Source: a virus
Lineage: Duplodnaviria; Caudoviricetes
Length of the DNA: 57,931 nucleotides
Direction: 5' to 3' (one strand)
IMG/VR virus record: IMGVR_UViG_3300027763_000069
Location: 1-57,931 of that record
In this document: positions 45,789 through 52,920 of the stretch, piece after piece
Layout of the letters: every line of letters starts with the position of its first letter
Position numbering within the stretch: the stretch's first letter is position 1
Program-made: the position numbers and the translations under genes
Notes under the pieces: model-generated
Seen by the model: only the letters and a program-made list of their open reading frames with translations
Told to the model about the DNA's origin: nothing
The model's database searches: none

Positions 45789-46879
45789 GCTAGTCCAACT
45801 TTCTTTTCAATAGCGGCAATGCGCTGTTCTAGACTGGCAAGATCAGGACTTGCTTTAGCTTTGCCAGTAAACCCTTTCTTTAATCCAGCGGCAAACCCAC
45901 CACCCGATGAAGATTTAGAAGTGTCTGTGGCATCAATGTCACCGTCACCATCTGTATCAGTAGGTGCACCACCAGCTAAGTTAGCTGATTTTGTTTGTTG
46001 TGTAGATGTTTTACCTTGCTTAGTGTTCATTATCTCTGCTTCTTGAGCAGCCTTGAGTATAGCTTTGTCAATAATACTCTGTGGTAAAACACCAGGACCT
46101 GCTTCTGCCAATGCATTGCCACGATTAATTTTACCTGCTGATACAGCTTTACGTTTTTTAATCTTATCTGTTGCTGACTGTAGGAAACCTGGCTGTTCTG
46201 GTTCAGCTTGTGGAGATTTATTTGTAGTAGGATTAGTAGTATTTGGAACTCCGCCAACTGACTTAGGATCCATTGGCTCAGATGTATTCTTCATTGTGTT
46301 ACGATCAAAACCAGTAGATCTATTATAAGTTGCTTGCCCGCCACCTAGTTGATTATTAAAACTGCCACCTGTCTTAGTAGGAGCAGCCGCTGTAGTATCA
46401 GCAGGAGCAGTAGTTGTTGGAGTTTCATCGCCCATTGTTGGCTCAGTTCTATCTATTGGAGTTGCCTTAAGTCCAGGTTTCATCTTATCTGCTATGTTAC
46501 CCGCTTGTTTAACCATTGCGTCTTTGGCTTTACCAACAAGTCCTCGTGCAGTGTTTTTCATGTTGGCTAACGGACCAGCAGGGGCATTAGCCGCGCCTTT
46601 AAGTGCAGTATTAATAATAGTTGCCGCGCCCTGTGTAGGATATCCTTTACTTGACAAGAAACCCATAACAGCATCTTTAGTAGCTTCACGCCCAGTCTTA
46701 CCTAAATATGTTTGAAACTCTTTGTGAAGTTGATTAGCTAAACTACCTGTACTAAGTTTACCCGTAGCTCGAGCATTACCTAATTTAGACATAGCCTTAT
46801 TACCTAGAGTATTCAGCATACCCATAGGTGCTTCTTGCACTTGTTTCTTATCTTCTAATAGAACTTCGTATAGCTTCAT
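45785..46879 (-). CDS. Hypothetical late protein (364 aa), possible internal head protein
   Basis: Perfect late promoter and AGGA SD; N-terminus MKLYEVLLED..VQEA with LxE motifs; low-complexity linkers. Confidence 0.75.
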   Translation of the reverse strand: MKLYEVLLEDKKQVQEAPMGMLNTLGNKAMSKLGNARATGKLSTGSLANQLHKEFQTYLGKTGREATKDAVMGFLSSKGYPTQGAATIINTALKGAANAPAGPLANMKNTARGLVGKAKDAMVKQAGNIADKMKPGLKATPIDRTEPTMGDETPTTTAPADTTAAAPTKTGGSFNNQLGGGQATYNRSTGFDRNTMKNTSEPMDPKSVGGVPNTTNPTTNKSPQAEPEQPGFLQSATDKIKKRKAVSAGKINRGNALAEAGPGVLPQSIIDKAILKAAQEAEIMNTKQGKTSTQQTKSANLAGGAPTDTDGDGDIDATDTSKSSSGGGFAAGLKKGFTGKAKASPDLASLEQRIAAIEKKVGLA

Positions 46880-46903
46880 AATTGTATTCCTGAACAGTTA
46901 GTA

Positions 46904-46911
46904 TATTTATA
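46904..46911 (-). promoter_or_regulatory. Late promoter, perfect TATAAATA
   Basis: Exact consensus 24 nt upstream of the ATG at 46879. Confidence 0.8.
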
Positions 46912-46924
46912 TCGGGATGTATGT

Positions 46925-47012
46925 AGATGTACTGCGTACATCTGTGTTTCGCTTTCGCTCACACTATTCTTCTTCTTTCTTATTATGTACTTATGATTTA
47001 GTGCGAAGCACT
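46925..47012. repeat. Cluster of short inverted repeats with GNA/GAAA loops and a purine/pyrimidine tract
   Basis: Minus AGATGTAC-GCA-GTACATCT (46925-46943); minus GTGT-GA-GC-GAAA-GC-GAA-ACAC (46944-46964); plus AGTGC-GAA-GCACT (47000-47012); TTCTTCTTCTTTCTT tract between. Confidence 0.75.
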
Positions 47013-47015
47013 TAA

Positions 47016-47376
47016 GATATTATCTAGATTGTTCAGTCACACTTTGCCCAGGCAGGGCAAAGATTTAAACGACATTATCTGAGTTGAACATGTCACACTA
47101 GCGTTACTGCATTACAGTGGCGGTTGTCCGGTACCACGAGCAGAGTCTTTATCACAACGGCGGTGTGCAAATATACGCTAACATACGTACACACGTAGGG
47201 TATTTCTCCCTTCCTTCTTGCCTTGAAGTTTTATAACAGCAAAACCGCGGCATTTGCGATCGTCGTCCTGTTAAGGATAGTTGCTGAGCACTCTTAACGG
47301 CAAGAGATTCCCCTCCCTGTGATCCGAGATCCAGGTTTCCGGGCACTAGATATTAGCCAGTGCGAGCTTTAACCGT
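47016..47376 (-). ncRNA. Candidate large structured non-coding RNA
   Basis: At least nine stems read by eye in a gap with no credible ORF; several contain G-U pairs only in the minus orientation; loop-distal complementarities suggest pseudoknots. No known family recognised. Confidence 0.55.
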
Positions 47377-47811
47377 TTATTTTGCCTGAGATTGTTCTAA
47401 AAGACGTTGCCTGAGTATGTTTGATCCGCCGACTCTGACATTTATAATACCATTATAATAGTCATCAGACTCTAAAACTCTGCGTTCAAATTGCTCTCTT
47501 GCCTCTAGATATGACATTTCTGCCTTGGATTTGCAAAGGTAAAGTATTTCTCTTGTAAAATGTTCTGGACCTAATGCTTGGACGTCTGCGTTTAACCTGT
47601 CAGATGAACCATAGTATTCGCGCCAATCGCTTTCTACTACACTTCTTCTTTTGAGTTTTTTGCCTTTGAGTGGGGGTTTAGTACGCTTAAACTGCGCTAG
47701 TTTCTTGCCTATGTACTTTTGTCCAGTTTTGAGATTTGTAATGATATAGACAAAACCAATATGATCTTCTGGTATTTCGTCTAATGGTTGATGTTGATAA
47801 ATCCATTGCAT
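47377..47811 (-). CDS. Stand-alone GIY-YIG family endonuclease
   Basis: GFVYIITNLKTGQKYIGKK...YYGSS...FTREIL..C.....YLE..EQF...YYN: GIY-YIG fold with the conserved E and N; no C-terminal DNA-binding domain. ATG at 47811 preferred. Confidence 0.9.
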   Translation of the reverse strand: MQWIYQHQPLDEIPEDHIGFVYIITNLKTGQKYIGKKLAQFKRTKPPLKGKKLKRRSVVESDWREYYGSSDRLNADVQALGPEHFTREILYLCKSKAEMSYLEAREQFERRVLESDDYYNGIINVRVGGSNILRQRLLEQSQAK

Positions 47812-47814
47812 CAA

Positions 47815-48045
47815 CTAGTTATCGTCACTATCCTCTTCGTTGCCTTCATTTTGGATTCCGTGTATTAGATTTTTCTTTGCCTGTATTTCTGCTCGCCGAA
47901 TCATTATTAGTCTGCGTATTTCGCCTAGAGCTACTCGTGCTTTAACAGCACTTTCTTTATAACCGTGGAGCTCAAATCGAGTACTCCATTTAGAGTACTC
48001 CATGAACTCTCTAATGATCAGCTCGTGAGTATCAATGTCACTCAT
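47815..48045 (-). CDS. Small helical protein resembling the histone H1-like Hc1 family
   Basis: F...GYKESAVKARVALGEIRRL...RRAEIQAKK resembles the GNKAA..RAR..L.E pattern; ATG 48045 overlaps the gp46 end. Confidence 0.55.
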   Translation of the reverse strand: MSDIDTHELIIREFMEYSKWSTRFELHGYKESAVKARVALGEIRRLIMIRRAEIQAKKNLIHGIQNEGNEEDSDDN

Positions 48046-49810
48046 AGATCTCAACGTCATTTGCATAAGACGTAAAGCCATTTTCTTTGATTACCTTGAG
48101 CACGTTGTTCACTCGACCCACTAATTCGTCCCTATGAGAGATTAGATAAATGTTCTTATTACGTTCCCGAGCCATCTTTTTAAGAATACCAATAGAGTTT
48201 TCAACTCCGTTGGCATCCATGCCGGAATCAATAAGTTCATCTATGAATAAGAGATTGATGTTTTGATATAACGACTCCCAAACATCACGGAACGCCCACG
48301 ACAATCCTAAGATTAAGCGATTCCTTTCTCCTCGTGACAAGTTATCGAAGTCGAGATCTTGCCCGAGTTGGGTTATTTCTACCGTTAGGTCATTTTGGAA
48401 TACAACGGTGTGAGGTAGACCCACCTTATCAAGGTAATAGGTTAGTCGATTATTCAAGTAAGCAAGATTCTGATCAATGATCTTCTTACGAATAAACGAA
48501 TCTTTAGAGGTTAGAAGTTTTAATAAAAACTCCTGATGTTCTTTCATAAGATTTAAACTGTTAACTGTGTCCCAGTTTATCTCTTGTAGAGCAGTATGCT
48601 CTAGTTCTGTAATTTGTTCTTGGTATGTATCAACTTCTTCTTGCTTGTTTTTCAACTGGACACCAAGACTTTCTAAATTTGTTCTATGATTAAATGCTTC
48701 GCTAAGGCTGTCGTAGAAGGTTTTAGGGCGACCGTTAATATCTCCGATGGCTTCTAGTTCTGTAACTAACACTTCTAAGTCCTCTGCTACTTTGGACATG
48801 TATGTATCTGAATCAGCAAGGTTTTTCTCTGCTAGCTTTTTCATCTCATCATGCTTGTGATCGTGTAGTTCTTGGTCACATGCTGGACATTTATTAGCTT
48901 CTAACTGTGCTATTTCTTTTTGATATTTCTTAACTGACTTATCTGCTTGCATAAGTGCAGTTTCAAGTGTGGCCTTTTCTTTATTAAGACTCTTAATTAG
49001 TGCGGCTTGTTCATCGTAGACTTTTAACTTTTCGTGTTGACTGATTTCTGCATCAATATCAACCTGTGCAAGCTCTGCAATAGCTTCTTCAATCTTTTTA
49101 ACATCACTATCGCGGTTCTTTTGCCACATGCCCTGTTTAAGTTTTAGACTATTGATGCTTTCTTGTATGCGCTCATTAGAACGCTTGATAGCTTCAATAC
49201 GAGCACCTTCTTGCACTACTTCTTCTTTGCTAATACGGATCTGTTCTTTAAGTGCTTCTGCCTTTTCACTTAGAATAGTAATACCCAATAACTGCTCAAT
49301 AATAGCACGTTGATCATTGGCCTTCATACTCAAGAAAGGTTCTGTATAGGTGTTTAAAGCTACAATATGCTTGAACATGTCGTGACTCATACCCAACAGA
49401 GCATCAATGTCTTTTTGCGTTTCGCGACTATCGCCTTGTCCGTCATCTGCGGCTTCTTGTTCTTGATCGTCAATATAAAACTTAAGAATGTTGGGTTTAC
49501 GACCACGTTCAATCTTATAAAGAATGCCGTCTTTTTCGAACTCAACAGTAACTAACATGTTCTTGCTGTTGATCTTGTTGATTAGGTTATCTTTCTTGAT
49601 ATTAGTCAGCGCATTGCCAAAGATAGCATAGCTAAGTGCGTTAACGATAGTTGTTTTACCTGTACCGTTACGACTTCCGCTGTCATCTCCGCCTTGATCT
49701 AAGTTCTCACCTAGTACAAGCGTAAGATGACCCTTCTTAAAGTCTACTGCCTGCGTGGCATTTCCCACGCTCATAAAGTTTTTAACTGTTAGGTCTTTTA
49801 TTTTTATCAT
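48038..49810 (-). CDS. gp46: Recombination nuclease ATPase subunit (gp46, SbcC/Rad50-like)
   Basis: KNFMSVGN, Walker A NGTGKTT, CPAC zinc hook within coiled coil, LSRGE signature, LLFIDE Walker B, ISH. Confidence 0.95.
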   Translation of the reverse strand: MIKIKDLTVKNFMSVGNATQAVDFKKGHLTLVLGENLDQGGDDSGSRNGTGKTTIVNALSYAIFGNALTNIKKDNLINKINSKNMLVTVEFEKDGILYKIERGRKPNILKFYIDDQEQEAADDGQGDSRETQKDIDALLGMSHDMFKHIVALNTYTEPFLSMKANDQRAIIEQLLGITILSEKAEALKEQIRISKEEVVQEGARIEAIKRSNERIQESINSLKLKQGMWQKNRDSDVKKIEEAIAELAQVDIDAEISQHEKLKVYDEQAALIKSLNKEKATLETALMQADKSVKKYQKEIAQLEANKCPACDQELHDHKHDEMKKLAEKNLADSDTYMSKVAEDLEVLVTELEAIGDINGRPKTFYDSLSEAFNHRTNLESLGVQLKNKQEEVDTYQEQITELEHTALQEINWDTVNSLNLMKEHQEFLLKLLTSKDSFIRKKIIDQNLAYLNNRLTYYLDKVGLPHTVVFQNDLTVEITQLGQDLDFDNLSRGERNRLILGLSWAFRDVWESLYQNINLLFIDELIDSGMDANGVENSIGILKKMARERNKNIYLISHRDELVGRVNNVLKVIKENGFTSYANDVEIYE

Positions 49811-50811
49811 AGGTTATTATAGATCGCTAGCAATACTTTTGGATCAAAGCTGTCGCTTTGAATATTAGCCAGCTGACTGCTGACAATCTGATCAACTGAT
49901 TCAAAATGTTCTACATCTAAATCGTTATTAATTTCAACATCTTTCTTTTCTGGGATAAGAGTAAGTTCTCTAATGTCATATTGTGCTAAGAATGTTTCTT
50001 TAATGAAACTGGCTTCTTCATAGCTGATAGGAATATCGATACCTACACGCAGATAACTCTTACTTTTAATAAGTGTTTCAGCATCATCAATAAGTTGACT
50101 TAGTTTAACTGTCTTAAACTTAGGAGCATCGGGCCATATGCGATATTCTGGCTTGCTTCCGTGCTCAAGAATCATCATTCCTCGGTCATCATCCCATGCA
50201 TCTGCATAGTTGTGAGGAAAAGCATTGCCGATATAGACAATATTTTCTTTAGCTTGTCGTTTATGGAAGTGTCCCGAGAATACATATTCGGGATTTTTAA
50301 AATGTGTGCCCTGTAGTTCGCCGTGATCCGGCATCTGTATCATAGCGTTCATATAAAATAAGGGAAGCTCAAAGTGACCAAAGACATAACGGCTCTTTAG
50401 CTTTTCCATTTTCTTCCACTCGTCCCCTACTAGCCACGGAACTAGGGTAGTATCACCGATTGTTGTAATCTCATTAACAACAGTAACGCCCGGAACATAC
50501 TTGCCAAACTCAACTGAATGAATGTCACGCTTGTCTTTATAGTACAAGTCGTGATTGCCTGGGAAGAAATAAAAGTTATCAAATGCTTTACCCAGCTTTT
50601 CTAAACTACGCAAGGTATAATCCATGGTAGTAATATTCAAACTGTTTCTATTATGATGCCAGTCACCTAGAAAGATACCGGTTTCACACCCAGCCGCTTT
50701 GGCTTCCGCAATGAACCAATCTACGAAATCTTCGCAGTCTTGATTATGAGTTGCGCTATTTGATTTTAATCCAAAGTGTATGTCAGTAAAACAGGCTACT
50801 TTTTTAAACAT
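49807..50811 (-). CDS. gp47: Recombination nuclease subunit (gp47, SbcD/Mre11-like)
   Basis: DIHFG, GDWHH, GNHD, GHFE and SGHFH metallophosphoesterase motifs; ATGA overlap with gp46. Confidence 0.95.
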   Translation of the reverse strand: MFKKVACFTDIHFGLKSNSATHNQDCEDFVDWFIAEAKAAGCETGIFLGDWHHNRNSLNITTMDYTLRSLEKLGKAFDNFYFFPGNHDLYYKDKRDIHSVEFGKYVPGVTVVNEITTIGDTTLVPWLVGDEWKKMEKLKSRYVFGHFELPLFYMNAMIQMPDHGELQGTHFKNPEYVFSGHFHKRQAKENIVYIGNAFPHNYADAWDDDRGMMILEHGSKPEYRIWPDAPKFKTVKLSQLIDDAETLIKSKSYLRVGIDIPISYEEASFIKETFLAQYDIRELTLIPEKKDVEINNDLDVEHFESVDQIVSSQLANIQSDSFDPKVLLAIYNNL

Positions 50812-50829
50812 TCATTGTCCTTTTAGGCT

Positions 50830-50859
50830 ATTATAACAGAAGTTACTCTGCAGGGTCAA
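50830..50859 (-). promoter_or_regulatory. Sigma70-type promoter for gp47-gp46
   Basis: Minus strand TTGACC-N18-TATAAT with a TG extension (TGTTATAAT). Confidence 0.65.
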
Positions 50860-51706
50860 CTTCAATATCGCCAACAGGCACAACCGCAGTGGAATCTGCA
50901 TCACGTTTTGCCGCACTGGCATACTCTGCATTGATCATTCTAGTATAACTTGGATTCATTCCGTTCATTTCTAAAATATCATCTCGAATGTTTTGCATTT
51001 TCTTTTCAATATTGATTACTCGAACAAAACTGTTAGTCACTGCCGCAGTGAAATAGGCAAAAGGGTTATCTGATTTAGATTCATCAAACTGTAGACCGAT
51101 CTGAGTCAGCTGTAAAATAGCCTGACCTTTCATTTCATCATTGTAAGTGTAGCCACGCACGTTGCCACGGGTTGCATATCGTTCACATAACTTGATATAC
51201 ATTCGAGCCAGCGTATTAGTAACCTGCCCGTGATCCTTGCAAAACTTACCAGTCTTCATAGGACCTTTCCAATGACTTTTACCAACGCAAACAAGCTCGT
51301 CATTTTCGTCAAACTTCCAATGTTGGAAAGCTGGAAAGTTAACTTTTTCTCTGTGATCAGCTAGGGTCTTTGGTGTGCGTTTACGTCCCGGCTCTAACGG
51401 TATATGATCATAGGTCATAATTCGAAAGACTACATCGGGCTTTTCGATAGTTTTATAATCTACTTCAAATTCAGCGGCCTTGCATTTAGGGTTGACGGCT
51501 TTTGCCGCTTCAAATGCCTGTTGCCCTAGCCTTTTTGCTCGAACTCGTTTGGCTTCTGCAATGGTTCGAATGTTAATCTTTTCTATGCTAGGCAGAATAA
51601 GATCGTATTGATGATATTCGGGTTTTGTATAGCTGGAGTAACTGTTTTTACTTCTATGTATTTCTAATAACAAGTCTTTGTTATTTAGGTAGTTTACTTT
51701 TTTCAT
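50843..51706 (-). CDS. gp55: Late transcription sigma factor (gp55-like)
   Basis: NYLNNKDLL N-terminus; N.RGYTY.DEM, FD..KS.NPFAYFT....NSF.R.I..EKK; adjacent to gp47 as in many T4-like phages. Confidence 0.9.
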   Translation of the reverse strand: MKKVNYLNNKDLLLEIHRSKNSYSSYTKPEYHQYDLILPSIEKINIRTIAEAKRVRAKRLGQQAFEAAKAVNPKCKAAEFEVDYKTIEKPDVVFRIMTYDHIPLEPGRKRTPKTLADHREKVNFPAFQHWKFDENDELVCVGKSHWKGPMKTGKFCKDHGQVTNTLARMYIKLCERYATRGNVRGYTYNDEMKGQAILQLTQIGLQFDESKSDNPFAYFTAAVTNSFVRVINIEKKMQNIRDDILEMNGMNPSYTRMINAEYASAAKRDADSTAVVPVGDIEVDPAE

Positions 51707-51729
51707 TGTTCTTATGACTCCTCATGTAC

Positions 51730-51758
51730 ATTATAATGTCAGCAGTTAATAAAGTCAA
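51730..51758 (-). promoter_or_regulatory. Near-consensus sigma70 promoter driving gp55
   Basis: Minus strand TTGACT-N17-TATAAT followed by GAGGAG SD. Confidence 0.8.
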
Positions 51759-51764
51759 TAAATA
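51758..51764 (+). promoter_or_regulatory. Late promoter (ATAAATA) for the baseplate operon
   Basis: ATAAATAC followed by GGAG SD and ATG 51787. Confidence 0.7.
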
Positions 51765-51786
51765 CTACTGACGGAGATTACCAAAT

Positions 51787-52623
51787 ATGCCAGATAATAG
51801 TTTTTTAACAACAGCAACTAGTGTGTCAGCTATTGCCGCCGCAACAGGCAATAACAAGTTAGCTAAAATAGCAGGTGGAGTTGCAATTGGCGCTGCCGCT
51901 GTGAATTTCTTTAAAGGACCGATGTTTGGCGGTAGTGAAGCTCCTTTGGGACGTATTCCCGGAGCAGTGACATTTTCAAAAGGTTCTATTGATTGGCGAG
52001 TAAAATTAAGTTTACCAACAAACAATCTTGCATACATAGCTAGTCCAATATTAGCACCTTTAGTAGATTCGGGAAACAGTTTGATTTTTCCTTTTACGCC
52101 ACAAGTTAATTTAACACACTCAGCATCTTATAACTCTCTTGACACCACACATAATAATTATGCCTTTATGGCCTATGAGAATAGCAGAGTTGAAACAATT
52201 AGCATTACTGCTGACTTTTACTGCGAAAATAGTGTCGATGCCGCATATTGGGTCGCTGCCACCCACTACTTGAGATCCATTACAAAAATGTCGTTTGGTG
52301 ACTCATCCGATGCAGGCCAACCTCCGCCCGTTGTTCGATTAAATGGTTATGGAGCATATGTTTTTAATAATGTTCCTGTAGTGGTTAAAACATTTACTAT
52401 GGACCTACCAAAAGAAGTCGATTATATTTCTGCCAGTGTAGGAGGATTCCATGATCCGCTAGATTTTGGAGATGCCTTAGTCGATGGCAAAACAAGTTAT
52501 GCTCCTGTAAAAAGTACAATGACAATTCAACTAATGCCAATTTATAGTAGAACACAGCAACGTAAATTCTCATTAGATGCATTTGTCAATGGAAATTATT
52601 TGGATGACGGAGGTTACATTTAA
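51787..52623 (+). CDS. Baseplate tail-tube initiator/cap-like protein (gp48/gp54-like)
   Basis: FPFTP.V...HSA.Y, ISITADF, PPPVVRLNGYG...F..VPVVV..F pattern of tube-initiator proteins; position before the LysM/hub/spike genes. Confidence 0.65.
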   Translation: MPDNSFLTTATSVSAIAAATGNNKLAKIAGGVAIGAAAVNFFKGPMFGGSEAPLGRIPGAVTFSKGSIDWRVKLSLPTNNLAYIASPILAPLVDSGNSLIFPFTPQVNLTHSASYNSLDTTHNNYAFMAYENSRVETISITADFYCENSVDAAYWVAATHYLRSITKMSFGDSSDAGQPPPVVRLNGYGAYVFNNVPVVVKTFTMDLPKEVDYISASVGGFHDPLDFGDALVDGKTSYAPVKSTMTIQLMPIYSRTQQRKFSLDAFVNGNYLDDGGYI

Positions 52624-52919
52624 TGGCATATAAAATTACTAGTCCGTGGCATGATACTGCTATGTCAAACGGCTATCTTGGAAATTTTAACATACGTCCT
52701 GTTAGTGCAGAGCCTGATGATATTCCCTATACCATTGACCCCCATTATAACTATAGACCAGACCTGCTTTCTCAAGATTTATATGGCACTCCAAAGTTGT
52801 GGTGGGTGTTCACTCAGCGAAATATGAACGTTATACGAGATCCAATTTTTGATTTTAAAGTAGGTACACTAATTTATCTTCCTAAAAAAACTACGCTATT
52901 CAGAGTATTAGGAATATAA
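52623..52919 (+). CDS. gp53: Baseplate wedge protein, LysM-like (gp53-like)
   Basis: Y.I....YRPDLLS.DLYG.P.LWWVF..RN...DP.FDF..G..I.LP. Confidence 0.8.
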   Translation: MAYKITSPWHDTAMSNGYLGNFNIRPVSAEPDDIPYTIDPHYNYRPDLLSQDLYGTPKLWWVFTQRNMNVIRDPIFDFKVGTLIYLPKKTTLFRVLGI

Positions 52920-52920
52920 G

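Noticed and set aside
47016-47099. CRISPR or TIGR-like mini-array
   Set aside because: Only two imperfect units, no series of unique spacers, and no Cas or Nop-domain gene in the window.
47152-47346. 64 aa minus-strand ORF in the intergenic gap
   Set aside because: GTG start inside a hairpin, no SD, no protein-like features; the region is better explained by RNA structure.
46912-47376. Group I intron, hammerhead or retron interpretation of the structured region
   Set aside because: Flanking genes are intact and not split; no group I P7/S core or CUGAnGA/GAAA hammerhead core found by eye; no reverse transcriptase in the window.
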